A model generated the notes under the pieces. The model worked only from the letters and a program-made list of their open reading frames with translations, had not been told where the DNA came from and ran no database searches. A stretch of DNA of 64,000 nt from Chloroflexota bacterium (lineage in GTDB: Bacteria > Chloroflexota > Dehalococcoidia > Lucifugimonadales > Lucifugimonadaceae): positions 1 through 64,000 of the forward strand of contig PBHC01000012.1 of the NCBI GenBank assembly GCA_002719295.1, read 5' to 3'. Made by a program: the position numbers and the translations under genes. Shown here in pieces: positions 1 to 9,853 of this stretch; position 1 is the stretch's first letter; each line of letters begins with the position of its first letter.

Positions 1-10
1 ATCTAAGAGT

Positions 11-87
11 GGTCCCGTGGTGTAGTGGCCTAACACGCCTCCCTGTCAAGGAGGAGATCGGCAGTTCGAATCTGCTCGGGATCGCCA
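11..87 (+). tRNA. tRNA-Asp (anticodon GTC), CCA encoded
   Basis: Acceptor stem GGTCCCG/CGGGATC, anticodon arm CCTCC-CT-GTC-AA-GGAGG (anticodon 45-47), GTTCGAATC T-loop, discriminator G84, CCA 85-87. Confidence 0.97.
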
Positions 88-99
88 TAAAAATTATTT

Positions 100-1194
100 T
101 CAAATAAATTTCTTTAACTTTGAATTAATATAGTAGTCACCTATAGTCTCGAAATGATACATCCTGCCTTGAACTTGTTGTGATATAGCTAACATATCTT
201 GAAAATATCTTTGAATTTTATTAAATTTAAAAATTGAAGAAGAGCCTAACAGATTATATATTTTTTTAACTATTTCTTCAGAAGTTCTTATTGTATGTGT
301 TGATGCCAATCTTAAATCTGCTAATAATTCTTCTTCTAAAAAAATTCCATCGCTTACTACAGCCCAAGCTTTTTCGATAGTGTTATCTAAAAATGATTTA
401 GAAGACTTATATAGTCCTTTTACAATTCCAATTTCTCTTAAAAAAACTTGTTCATCAGAAAGCTTTTCAGCATATACACCTTTTTTATTTTTGGCAAAAT
501 CTAAAGCATAATTTATAGAAGAATTTGCTAAGGATAGAGCAATGGTTGAAAATCCGGAACCAAATTTTAAGTCTCTAGGTATTTTATACAATGGGCCGGA
601 TTCGTTTAGATTCAACCTATCATAAAAAATGTTTTCGTTTGGAATAACTTTGTTTTTTACTGAAAAGCTATAGCTTCCAGTTCCTCTTAGGCCATTTACA
701 TCCCAAACGTCTTCTAAGCTAACACTTGAAGTTGGAAGCATAATGTTTTTACTTTTATTATTTTTATCATTGAATATAGCTAAAACCCATGTTGAATGTT
801 TTATCCCACTACTAAAAGACCATTTGCCCGAAACCAATGCTTCAGATTTATTTTCTTTTATGTCATACTCAATTGGAGGCCCGTTTGTAATAATTGCTTT
901 AGGATCATCAAAGATTTTTTTTGCTAGATTTTTTTCCATGAATGCTGCATTGGTAGAAAGAACGTTACTTTGATTTATGCACCAAGCTACACTTGCATCT
1001 ATTGAAGCTATTTCAAATAATTTTTTTAAATACTCAATAAAATCCATTTCAATTCCATTTAAAGATTTAGGCAAAAGTAATCTAAAGTAATTTTTATTGA
1101 TTAATTCAATAAGTAATTCTTCAGGGATTTCGCGTTTTTCGTCTATCTCTTCTATCGAGCTTTCAATAAGTTTAATTGTTTTTGTATCATTCAT
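100..1194 (-). CDS. Acyl-CoA dehydrogenase-fold flavin-dependent monooxygenase (HsaA/HpaH-C2-like oxygenase component)
   Basis: GKWSFSSG, WDVNGLRGTGS and C-terminal IQRYFQD motifs. Confidence 0.75.
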   Translation of the reverse strand: MNDTKTIKLIESSIEEIDEKREIPEELLIELINKNYFRLLLPKSLNGIEMDFIEYLKKLFEIASIDASVAWCINQSNVLSTNAAFMEKNLAKKIFDDPKAIITNGPPIEYDIKENKSEALVSGKWSFSSGIKHSTWVLAIFNDKNNKSKNIMLPTSSVSLEDVWDVNGLRGTGSYSFSVKNKVIPNENIFYDRLNLNESGPLYKIPRDLKFGSGFSTIALSLANSSINYALDFAKNKKGVYAEKLSDEQVFLREIGIVKGLYKSSKSFLDNTIEKAWAVVSDGIFLEEELLADLRLASTHTIRTSEEIVKKIYNLLGSSSIFKFNKIQRYFQDMLAISQQVQGRMYHFETIGDYYINSKLKKFI

Positions 1195-1252
1195 GGATAA
1201 TTTTGTTTATCTAAATATATAATAATAGAAAAATAAGATTTCATAAAAAAAA

Positions 1253-2029
1253 ATGACTGATTTTTCCACAATAAAATTTGAAATATTAGATAGAATTGCG
1301 ATCTTGACTTTAAACAGACCTGAAAAATTAAATGCTATGAATTTTCAAATGATTCATGAGTTAATTGATTGTACTTCAAATATTTTAAATGACGATCAAA
1401 TCAAATGTTTGATCCTAAGAGGAGCAGGAAAAGCTTTTTGTTCTGGTGCTGATTTGAGTTCAGGTGAAAAAAAATGGAAGGACACAGAAGAAAGTTTGAA
1501 TAAAGGATATTGGCCTATATTCAATAATATAATTTCTATGCCAAAACCAGTTATATCTTCAATTAGAGGAGCCGCTGCTGGAATAGGAAGTGCGTATTCT
1601 ATGGCTTGTGATTTGACTATAATGTCAAAAAAATCATATTTACTTCAACCATTTAGTAATATTGGCCTGATACCAGATGGAGGTTCCCATTGGCTTTTAT
1701 ACAATATGCTCGGTTACAAAAAGGCTTATCAAATAGCAATAGAAAATGAAAGAATACCTGCTGAAGAATGCCTAAAATTAGGTTTGGCAAACAAAGTCGT
1801 TGAAGATGAAGATTTAGAAGAAAAAACCATTGAATGGGCTCAAAAAATATCAAAACAATCTTTTCAGTCTTTGATGTATTCAAAAAAGATAATGAGAGAA
1901 GTTAGTGATAAAACCTTTTTAGAAACTTTTAAAAAAGAAGCCGAGATCCAAAAAAAATTATCTGGTTCTCCTGATAATTTAGAAGGAGTCAAAGCATTTA
2001 TAGAAAAAAGAAATCCAAATTTTAAATGA
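1253..2029 (+). CDS. Enoyl-CoA hydratase/isomerase (crotonase, PaaG-like)
   Basis: LNRPEKLNA, AFCSGADL, GAAAGIG, GLIPDGG, EGVKAFIEKRNPNF. Confidence 0.9.
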   Translation: MTDFSTIKFEILDRIAILTLNRPEKLNAMNFQMIHELIDCTSNILNDDQIKCLILRGAGKAFCSGADLSSGEKKWKDTEESLNKGYWPIFNNIISMPKPVISSIRGAAAGIGSAYSMACDLTIMSKKSYLLQPFSNIGLIPDGGSHWLLYNMLGYKKAYQIAIENERIPAEECLKLGLANKVVEDEDLEEKTIEWAQKISKQSFQSLMYSKKIMREVSDKTFLETFKKEAEIQKKLSGSPDNLEGVKAFIEKRNPNFK

Positions 2030-2032
2030 ATT

Positions 2033-2713
2033 TTATTTTATAAAATTTTCTCCATCCCAAGAGTAATCATCATAGTTAAACTTTTCAAAATCATCTAGAT
2101 TGGTAATACGATTTATACTTAGAAAGTTTATAAACTGACCTTTTACAACTTTTCCATGGTGTCCAGCTGACACTAGTTTATCTTCTTTTTTAATGTAAAA
2201 ATTTATTTTTTTCACATTTTTATGTTCATATGCTTTTCTATGAATTTCAGGCAATAAATCAATTATCAATTCTTCTTTATCCAGTTCATCTGATATTGAT
2301 TTGATCCAAAATTTAGTTAGTCCCAATGCGTTCATTTTTAACTTATAATCTGGAATTAGGGTATTTGGTTTTACTATTCCAAATAATCCACTAAATATAC
2401 GTATATTTGAATTAAAATAGCTCTTAGATTTTTCTGAAAAGTTTTTCCAATCAATCTGGTTGTATACAACTCCTGTATATCGTTCTATTGCCATAGAGCA
2501 TTCACTAGAAAAGACCTCTAGGTTTTTCTTTTGTAATTCTTTACTTTTTTCTAATGAAGTCCCGTAAATTTTTTCTATTTCTTCATTATGATCTTTGAGT
2601 ATTTCAATTATTTGATTAACTTTTTCTGAAAAAATAAATTCAGTTTCTTTAAACTTGGTTGAAACTGTATTTATTGAGGATTTACCTTCACTAGGAGGAA
2701 TAAGAATTAACAT
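2033..2713 (-). CDS. yaaA: Peroxide stress protein YaaA (DUF328)
   Basis: MLILIPPSEGK, AIERYTGVVY, FSGLFG, IPDYKLKM, KVVKG. Confidence 0.85.
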   Translation of the reverse strand: MLILIPPSEGKSSINTVSTKFKETEFIFSEKVNQIIEILKDHNEEIEKIYGTSLEKSKELQKKNLEVFSSECSMAIERYTGVVYNQIDWKNFSEKSKSYFNSNIRIFSGLFGIVKPNTLIPDYKLKMNALGLTKFWIKSISDELDKEELIIDLLPEIHRKAYEHKNVKKINFYIKKEDKLVSAGHHGKVVKGQFINFLSINRITNLDDFEKFNYDDYSWDGENFIK

Positions 2714-2715
2714 TT

Positions 2716-4650
2716 TTATTTTAAGTTTTCTGAATTTTCAATTTCTACTTCTTTTAATTTATCAAAAGGTTTAAACCCAAGAACCTTACTATAAAAATAA
2801 ATCTCAGATTCTAAAGATGAAATTATATTTTTAGATTGACGGAACCCGTGCTGTTCTCCTTCATACATTATTAAAGAAAAAGGAATTTTTTTGTCTCTTA
2901 GTCCTTGTGCCATTATTTCTGCTTGAGAAGGAGGGACTATCTTATCTTCTGTTCCCTGGAATATTATCATTGGGCATGAAAGTTGATCTGTAAAATTTAT
3001 CGCAGATCTTTCATAATACTTCTCTTTTTCTTCAGGATATTTCCCAATTAATGACTCAAGATATTTAGATTCAAACTTATGGGTATCATCTATAAATACT
3101 GATAAATCAGCAATCCCGTAGTATGTAGCACCTACTGCAAATCTATCATGGAAAGTAAGAGCATTAATTGTAGTGTATCCACCAGCAGACCCGCCTTTTA
3201 TAGCTACTCTTGAGGAATCTACAAGCCCTTTTTCAGAAAGATGATCTACGGCGGCTATACAATCATCTGTGTCATACACACCCCAGTTTCCTTTTAATGA
3301 ATCTCTGAATTTTTTTCCATAACCAGTTGAACCTCTGTAATTTACGTCAGCTACAGCAATTCCTCTATTAGTCCAATATTGAATAGATAAATTTAATGCA
3401 TTGCTAGTTGCAGAAGTTGGTCCTCCATGACTTATTACTAGTAATGGAGGCTTTTCCTCAGATTCTCCTTGAAAATTTTTATTTTTAGGCTTGTAAAAAT
3501 ACCCATATGCAATTGCATTTTGTGTTGTAGGAAAAGAGATTTCTTCAGGAATAGAAATTTCTTCGATATCTATTTTTACAGGATTAGATTCCTTAATATT
3601 TTCTTCATTTTTTTTCATAAGATCATAAGATACTATCTCACTATTTGAAACAGGTGATGCTCCTATGTACAAAGCTTTATTTTTATGGTGAGTTAAGTCA
3701 TTTATAGATGTATGAAAGACTTCGTTTGTTTCAAGTATTTGACCTGAAATACTTATTTTTCTAATTAAACCTTTGTTTTTATTTTTTGATATTCCTTTTA
3801 GATATATATTATTATCTTTGACAAAATATGTTCTGAAACCAAATTGCCAAGAAGGACCTCCATGATCGGATTTTTCGTTTAATATTGTAGAGTTAGTATT
3901 TTCTGAATATTTTTTTAAATTCCACCAGCCAGACTCATCGCTTATATATATTAATTCTCCTGAATCACTCCATTCAGGTTGAATAATACTTATATTTTTC
4001 GATCCATCAATAAACTTTATTTCTGACAAACCATCTAAATCAAAATTTGCTATAAATAGTTCGGTTCCATCCCAAGGCATATTAGGGTGATCCCATTCCA
4101 ACCAGCAAATCTCTTTATTTGTAGGATTTATTCTTGGAGATGAATAAAAATCTCTTCCTGTGCACAAAACTATTTGACTGTTTTCTGTTGTAGAAATTGC
4201 AACTAGTTCATTTTTAGCTTCTTCTTTTTCAAAATGAGTTTCTCTAACACAAAACAACCATTCTTCATCAATGGATAAAGTTAAATCGCTATATCGAATA
4301 GATTTTTCAAAAGGAGGCTCTTTTGTAATGGGATTAACATTTTCGCCATTTACTTTATATATTCTTTGATCATCCCAATTAGTAAAATAAATATTTTTTT
4401 GCCCAACTGCATAAGATCCTCCGCCGTATTCATGAACAGCATTTCTTGAATTGAATTCTTTTGGAATTACATCTGATATCTTTCCATCAGATGCTTGCTT
4501 GACTATTACGTATCGTCCAGACTCCTCTGGTCTTCCTTCTAAAAAATAAAGATCAGATCCACTTGATCTTATTTCACTGAATCTTAATCCTCCTTCAGTT
4601 ATTTTTTCTGGAGTAATTGTAGATTCCCATGATCCGTAATGTGATTTCAT
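2716..4650 (-). CDS. S9-family prolyl oligopeptidase / dipeptidyl aminopeptidase
   Basis: YGSW start, beta-propeller, HGGPT, NYRGSTGYG, GGSAGG nucleophile, D (EDKIV) and H (GEQHGF) triad. Confidence 0.92.
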   Translation of the reverse strand: MKSHYGSWESTITPEKITEGGLRFSEIRSSGSDLYFLEGRPEESGRYVIVKQASDGKISDVIPKEFNSRNAVHEYGGGSYAVGQKNIYFTNWDDQRIYKVNGENVNPITKEPPFEKSIRYSDLTLSIDEEWLFCVRETHFEKEEAKNELVAISTTENSQIVLCTGRDFYSSPRINPTNKEICWLEWDHPNMPWDGTELFIANFDLDGLSEIKFIDGSKNISIIQPEWSDSGELIYISDESGWWNLKKYSENTNSTILNEKSDHGGPSWQFGFRTYFVKDNNIYLKGISKNKNKGLIRKISISGQILETNEVFHTSINDLTHHKNKALYIGASPVSNSEIVSYDLMKKNEENIKESNPVKIDIEEISIPEEISFPTTQNAIAYGYFYKPKNKNFQGESEEKPPLLVISHGGPTSATSNALNLSIQYWTNRGIAVADVNYRGSTGYGKKFRDSLKGNWGVYDTDDCIAAVDHLSEKGLVDSSRVAIKGGSAGGYTTINALTFHDRFAVGATYYGIADLSVFIDDTHKFESKYLESLIGKYPEEKEKYYERSAINFTDQLSCPMIIFQGTEDKIVPPSQAEIMAQGLRDKKIPFSLIMYEGEQHGFRQSKNIISSLESEIYFYSKVLGFKPFDKLKEVEIENSENLK

Positions 4651-4748
4651 TTTTTATTCCTGTATATTTTAATTTCTTCAATATTTAATAATGTAAATTT
4701 CATTAATCTATAATAACCTATCTACAAGTAAATTATTTTGGAGAAGAT

Positions 4749-5111
4749 ATGAAAAAAGTAACATTCAAAGATGTTCCAAAAATTGCAAGAAACGAATCTT
4801 TATTTACAGATACTGTTTATGCTCAGTCAATTTTAGAACACGAAGATAGTGATAATTTTAATTTTGCGATAGTAAATTTTCCAAAGTCAGCTAGAACTAA
4901 ATTTCACATACATTCTGGAGATCAAATATTAATTATTACTGAAGGAGAAGGGATGGTTTGTAATGAAGAAGTTGAACTAAACGTTACAAAAGGTGACATG
5001 GTCTTAATTAATGCCGGAGAAAATCATTGGCACGGGGCAAAAGAAAATACAACAATGTCTCACATAACCATCACTGTTAGTGGTAGCACAACTGAGGTAA
5101 CAGAAGATTAA
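4749..5111 (+). CDS. Cupin-domain protein
   Basis: HIHSGDQ...G and GDMVLINAGENHWHGA cupin motifs; GGAG SD. Confidence 0.85.
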   Translation: MKKVTFKDVPKIARNESLFTDTVYAQSILEHEDSDNFNFAIVNFPKSARTKFHIHSGDQILIITEGEGMVCNEEVELNVTKGDMVLINAGENHWHGAKENTTMSHITITVSGSTTEVTED

Positions 5112-5113
5112 TT

Positions 5114-5893
5114 ATGAGTTCTGAAGTTCTTTTGAAACTCGAAAATGTTCATAAGCATTTTGGAGGAGTAAAAGCCGTTAATGGAGTTGATTTTGAGGTT
5201 TATTCAAATCGAATAACAGGTTTAATTGGCCCAAATGGTGCAGGAAAATCTACTATTTTCAACTTAATAACAGGATTTTCAGAGATCGATGATGGATTTA
5301 TTTATTTTTTAGATGAAGATATTTCCTTTTCCTCTCCCCAAAAAACAGTTGATATTGGCATCGTAAGAACTTTTCAAATACCTGGTGAATTAAAAACAAT
5401 GTCGGTTCTAGACAACCTTTTAGTATCCCCAATGAATCATCCTGGAGAATCTTTATTATTTGGATGGATTAATAGATCTAAGTCTAAAAATTTTGAAAAA
5501 AAGACAATTGAACTTGCTGAAAAAAATCTTGAAATAGTTGGTTTGAGTCATCTTATGAACGAAAAAGCAGAGAATCTTTCTACAGGACAAAAAAAATTAT
5601 TAGAACTAGGACGGATTTTAATGATGAAGCCTAAATTGATTTTATTAGATGAGCCTGCCGCAGGAATTAATCCTACTCTAATAAAAAATCTATCAAAGGT
5701 GATTCTCGATATAAATAAAAAGCAAAAAATTGACTTTTTGATTATTGAACATAATATGGACTTTATAATGTCAATTTCAGATGAAGTTATTGTAATGGCA
5801 GAAGGACAAACCTTAGTTAAGGGACCCCCAAAAGAAATTCAAAAAAATCAAAAAGTATTAAATTCTTATTTAGGTTATAGCCAAAATGACTAA
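5114..5893 (+). CDS. livG: Branched-chain amino acid (HAAT) ABC transporter ATPase, LivG-type
   Basis: GPNGAGKST, RTFQ, LSTGQ, LLDEP, IEHNM. Confidence 0.88.
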   Translation: MSSEVLLKLENVHKHFGGVKAVNGVDFEVYSNRITGLIGPNGAGKSTIFNLITGFSEIDDGFIYFLDEDISFSSPQKTVDIGIVRTFQIPGELKTMSVLDNLLVSPMNHPGESLLFGWINRSKSKNFEKKTIELAEKNLEIVGLSHLMNEKAENLSTGQKKLLELGRILMMKPKLILLDEPAAGINPTLIKNLSKVILDINKKQKIDFLIIEHNMDFIMSISDEVIVMAEGQTLVKGPPKEIQKNQKVLNSYLGYSQND

Positions 5894-6605
5894 AAATAAC
5901 ATTTCATTAAAAGCTAAAAATATTTCTGCAGGTTATGGTGAACAAATAATTATAAGAAATATAAATTTAGATATTTATGAATCGTCTATAACTACTATAA
6001 TTGGTCCAAATGGATGCGGGAAATCTACATTTCTAAAATCTATTTCAGGAATAATTAATCCAGTTGAAGGCAACATTGAGATTTATGGTAAAAATGTCAC
6101 AAACTTGAGTACATTTGAACTTTCAAAAATTGGATTAGGATATGTTCCTCAATCAGAAAATATTTTTCCTTCATTAACTGTTGAGGACAATCTTAAAATG
6201 GGAGGATATATTTTAACTGGAGAACAATATAAAAAAAATTTAGATAAAGTTTTAGAAATGTTTCCAGATTTAAAAAGTAAATTACAAGACTCCTCTTCTA
6301 ATTTATCAGGAGGGCAAAGGCAAATGCTTGCTTTATCTAGAGCTCTAATGCTTGATCCAAAAATAATTATGCTTGATGAACCTACTGCTGGATTGTCTCC
6401 AATTATAGTAGATGAAGTATTGGATAATATAACTTCATTAAAAAATTCTGACTTATCTGTTCTACTGGTCGAACAAAATGCTAAAAAAGCATTACAGATA
6501 TCAGACATTGGAGTGGTTTTTTCTTTTGGAGAAAAAGTTATGGAAGATGGTGCTGATAAAATTTTGAAAGATAAAGAAATATCCAAACTTTATCTAGGAG
6601 GATAG
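5886..6605 (+). CDS. livF: HAAT ABC transporter ATPase, LivF-type
   Basis: GPNGCGKST, LSGGQRQM, LDEPTAGLSP, VEQNA, YLGG end. Confidence 0.88.
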   Translation: MTKNNISLKAKNISAGYGEQIIIRNINLDIYESSITTIIGPNGCGKSTFLKSISGIINPVEGNIEIYGKNVTNLSTFELSKIGLGYVPQSENIFPSLTVEDNLKMGGYILTGEQYKKNLDKVLEMFPDLKSKLQDSSSNLSGGQRQMLALSRALMLDPKIIMLDEPTAGLSPIIVDEVLDNITSLKNSDLSVLLVEQNAKKALQISDIGVVFSFGEKVMEDGADKILKDKEISKLYLGG

Positions 6606-6608
6606 ATT

Positions 6609-7604
6609 TTGAAATATATTGATTTGATTTTTGAAAATAAAACGATTGTTGTTTTATTTTGGGTAATATTGATTTTATCCCTTTTAAAGCCATGGCTTTT
6701 TGTTAATGGGATTTTGATAGGATCTCTTTATGCTTTAGGATCAATTGGCCTTTCCTTAATTTACGGAAACCTAAAATTTGCCAATATGGCACACGGAGAT
6801 TTTATGACATTGTCGTCATATGTGGCCTTAGCTCTTCTTTTATTTTTCTTTCCTAATAGTGACCAATCCGCATCAGTTGGCCCTTTTACGTTTAAGTATG
6901 AATTATTGATAGTTATTCCCTTTACTGTCGTATTCATAGGATTTTTAGCAGTTTTGTTTGATAAGTTGATATACAAAAAACTTAGAGATTTTGGAGCAGC
7001 TCCAGCTGCAATTGCATTAACTTCTTTAGGTTTGGCTGTAGGATTGAGAGGTGTGATTCAATTTATATGGGGAACAGATTCAACTAGGTTTCCGAGGGAA
7101 TCTAAACTTTTTTGGGATCTGCCTTTTAAAATAAAAATTCCTCCAGACATGTTTTTTTGTGCTATTGTAGCTTTCTTAATTGCAATAATGTTTTATTTTG
7201 TATTATTTAAAACTAAATTAGGCAAAGCTATAAGAGCTACTTCTGATAATCCTGATTTAGCTAGAATTACGGGGATTAATACAGAAAGAATTATTTTGTA
7301 TATATGGTTTATAGGAGGAGTATTAGCTGCCACTTCAGGAATCCTGATAAGTATGCAGCAGGCAATTATTACTCCTGTTATGGGATGGAAAATATTAATA
7401 CCATTATTTGCAGCAGTTATAGTTGGTGGTATAGGGAATCCTATTGGAGCTTTAATGGGCGGTCTATTAATTGGAGTTACTGGTGAAATTGCAACAGGCT
7501 GGATTAATCCATCTTATAAACCAGCTGTTTATTTTATAGTTTTATTGATTGTTTTATTATTAAGGCCTAATGGTATTTTAGGTAGCAAGGGTAGGCAATT
7601 CTAA
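6609..7604 (+). CDS. livH: HAAT ABC transporter permease, LivH-type
   Basis: NMAHGDF, TKLGKAIRA, GGIGNPIGA, RPNGILG; TTG start. Confidence 0.85.
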   Translation: MKYIDLIFENKTIVVLFWVILILSLLKPWLFVNGILIGSLYALGSIGLSLIYGNLKFANMAHGDFMTLSSYVALALLLFFFPNSDQSASVGPFTFKYELLIVIPFTVVFIGFLAVLFDKLIYKKLRDFGAAPAAIALTSLGLAVGLRGVIQFIWGTDSTRFPRESKLFWDLPFKIKIPPDMFFCAIVAFLIAIMFYFVLFKTKLGKAIRATSDNPDLARITGINTERIILYIWFIGGVLAATSGILISMQQAIITPVMGWKILIPLFAAVIVGGIGNPIGALMGGLLIGVTGEIATGWINPSYKPAVYFIVLLIVLLLRPNGILGSKGRQF

Positions 7605-8545
7605 TGGATTCAGTGCTTTATTTTTTGATTGGCTTCTTAATCATGAGTGGAATTTACTCTGTTTTTTCAGTAGGCCTTAACATTCATTGGGGGCATACTG
7701 GTTTATTTAACATAGGTATTGCATCTTTCTTTTTACTTGGATCTTACACGGCAGCTATAATTTCTAGCCCATCACCAAGCCTAGAAAAATATGAAGAATA
7801 TTTGTGGGGAGGAAATTTATCTCAGCTAACCATTATTGGCATAGATTTTTGGTTTCCTTTGGTTTTAATTTTATCTGCTTTGATTTGCGTAATTGTAGCG
7901 ATTCCTCTGGCATTAATTACTATTAGATTAAAAGAAGATTATTTAGCATTAGTTACACTTGGTCTAGCCGAAACTTTAAGAATTATATTCGTAAATGAGT
8001 CATGGCTTGCAAATGGTACAAGAGGACTTTATTCGATCCCGCGCCCGTTTGATTTAATTGATAGAGGTAATTATGACTATATTTATTTTGTACTAGTTAT
8101 GATTACATTGGGTATAGTTTACCTTATAGCAGAAAGAGCTACTAATTCTCCCTGGGGCAGAGTTTTGAGAGGAATTAAAGATAATGAAAACACGATGATT
8201 TCAAGTGGAAAAAATGTTCTAAGGTTTAAGGTAGAAGCATTTGCTTTTGGAGCAGGAATAATGGGTATTGGAGGTGCTTTATTTACTCATGGAAAAAGAT
8301 TTATTGATCCTATCACATTTGAACCGATGTTAGCGACCTTTATCATTTGGAGTATGTTAATGGTTGGCGGAAGCGGTAATAACAGAGGAGCTGTTTTTGG
8401 CGCATTTTTAATGTGGGGAATTTGGACTTTTACTCAATTTCTACCAGGATTCTTGAGCGACGCAAACTTAAGGTTTGTTTTCGTAGGGCTTATTATAATC
8501 TTATTTCAACTTTATAAGCCTAATGGAGTAATCCCTGCTAAATAG
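7604..8545 (+). CDS. livM: HAAT ABC transporter permease, LivM-type
   Basis: GLNIHWGHTGLFNIG, RLKEDYLALVTLG, SPWGRVLRGI, GGSGNN. Confidence 0.85.
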   Translation: MDSVLYFLIGFLIMSGIYSVFSVGLNIHWGHTGLFNIGIASFFLLGSYTAAIISSPSPSLEKYEEYLWGGNLSQLTIIGIDFWFPLVLILSALICVIVAIPLALITIRLKEDYLALVTLGLAETLRIIFVNESWLANGTRGLYSIPRPFDLIDRGNYDYIYFVLVMITLGIVYLIAERATNSPWGRVLRGIKDNENTMISSGKNVLRFKVEAFAFGAGIMGIGGALFTHGKRFIDPITFEPMLATFIIWSMLMVGGSGNNRGAVFGAFLMWGIWTFTQFLPGFLSDANLRFVFVGLIIILFQLYKPNGVIPAK

Positions 8546-8570
8546 CAAGGATTACTCATAAAAGCTTTTA

Positions 8571-9767
8571 CTATGGTGATTCAAATCTTCCAGTTGAAGT
8601 CACTTTTCCATTTTCTATAGTCCATACTTCAATAGTATTGCTCACATCACCGTTTGCATCAATTTCTTGATCTCCAGCAACACCAACATAGTCTATATCT
8701 TTTCCGTCATTTATTAATTCTAATGCTTTAGCCATATCACCAGGACCAACTTTTTCTCCTGGTGCATTTGCTACAAATCGTAGAGAATCTCCATCAACTG
8801 TATCAGACCCTGATTTAGCCATAGCTAATGCTAGTAGAATAGCACCATCAAAACCTTCTCCAATAAATGGATTAGTAGGTAGTTCACCATATTTTGCCTC
8901 ATAAAGAGAAGCAAAAGTTGATTTAGCGTCAGAATCAGGTGCTCCAGGTGCAGTACCAAACATACCTTCAAATTTGTCAGCGCCTAGCTCATCAAACATT
9001 TCTTGATTTTTAGTTCCATCAACAAACATAAAGTCTCCTGAGTAACCACTTTCTATAAGTTCTCTAAGGTAAACAGCAGCTGATTTTGGATAGCTCATTG
9101 CAATTATTACATCCGGCTCATGATCTGTAATAGCTTTATCTATTTCTGATTTATAAGAAGGCTGTTCTTGCTCGTGAGGCACTTCGGCTTCACAGTGTCC
9201 GCCTTCACTCTCAAATGTTGAAGTAAAAATATTATTTAATCCTTCTCCATAAGGGTTATTTACATATATGGTTGAACAATGTTCATAACCTAATCTTTTC
9301 GCCATTCTAGCTAAAACAACTCCCTGTGCAGCATCAGATACAGTTGTTCTGAACACAGTATCGTTATCATCTAGAACTGAAATTGCTGGGCTTGTAGAGG
9401 CAGGTGATACCATTACCATTCCTGCTGGAATTGTTTTTGCTTCTGCAACAGCCATTGTTACACCACTAGATAAAGAACCAACAATTCCTCCAACTTTATC
9501 TATTTCAATCAGCTTTCCAGCTGCTTCTGTAGCAACATTTGGACTTGTTCCACTATCAGCATGAACAACTGTCACATCTCCACCATTAACTCCACCAGCA
9601 TCGTTAATTAAACTTACAGCCAAATCAACACCATTTTGTATTGGAGGCCCATAAGCACCTAAGTCACCAGTTTCATCCATTAAAGTACCAATTTTTGCTC
9701 CTCCACCAGAACAAGCTGTAAGTACAAATAATGCAGAAGTGACTAAAATTATTATTTTTTTCATCAT
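8571..9767 (-). CDS. HAAT ABC substrate-binding lipoprotein (LivK/NatB-like)
   Basis: Signal peptide with lipobox LTAC; INDAGGVNG, SPASTSP, FRT, NNPYG; AAGGAG SD. Confidence 0.85.
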   Translation of the reverse strand: MMKKIIILVTSALFVLTACSGGGAKIGTLMDETGDLGAYGPPIQNGVDLAVSLINDAGGVNGGDVTVVHADSGTSPNVATEAAGKLIEIDKVGGIVGSLSSGVTMAVAEAKTIPAGMVMVSPASTSPAISVLDDNDTVFRTTVSDAAQGVVLARMAKRLGYEHCSTIYVNNPYGEGLNNIFTSTFESEGGHCEAEVPHEQEQPSYKSEIDKAITDHEPDVIIAMSYPKSAAVYLRELIESGYSGDFMFVDGTKNQEMFDELGADKFEGMFGTAPGAPDSDAKSTFASLYEAKYGELPTNPFIGEGFDGAILLALAMAKSGSDTVDGDSLRFVANAPGEKVGPGDMAKALELINDGKDIDYVGVAGDQEIDANGDVSNTIEVWTIENGKVTSTGRFESP

Positions 9768-9787
9768 ATCTCCTTGATCTTAAAAAA

Positions 9788-9846
9788 GTTATGTCATCTT
9801 GGGCATAACAATATTTAATTCTATAATATGATAATTCAAAAGTCTA
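9788..9846 (-). promoter_or_regulatory. Putative sigma70 promoter plus 5'-UTR inverted repeat for the substrate-binding gene
   Basis: Minus strand TAGACT (9841-9846), 17 bp spacer, TAGAAT (9818-9823); inverted repeat GTTATG-N10-CATAAC at 9788-9809. Confidence 0.45.
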
Positions 9847-9853
9847 AGACTAA

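Noticed and set aside
1..1250. tRNA-Asp as an island or prophage integration site
   Set aside because: No integrase, and I saw no duplicate of the tRNA 3' end in the window; the neighbouring gene ends 12 bp away
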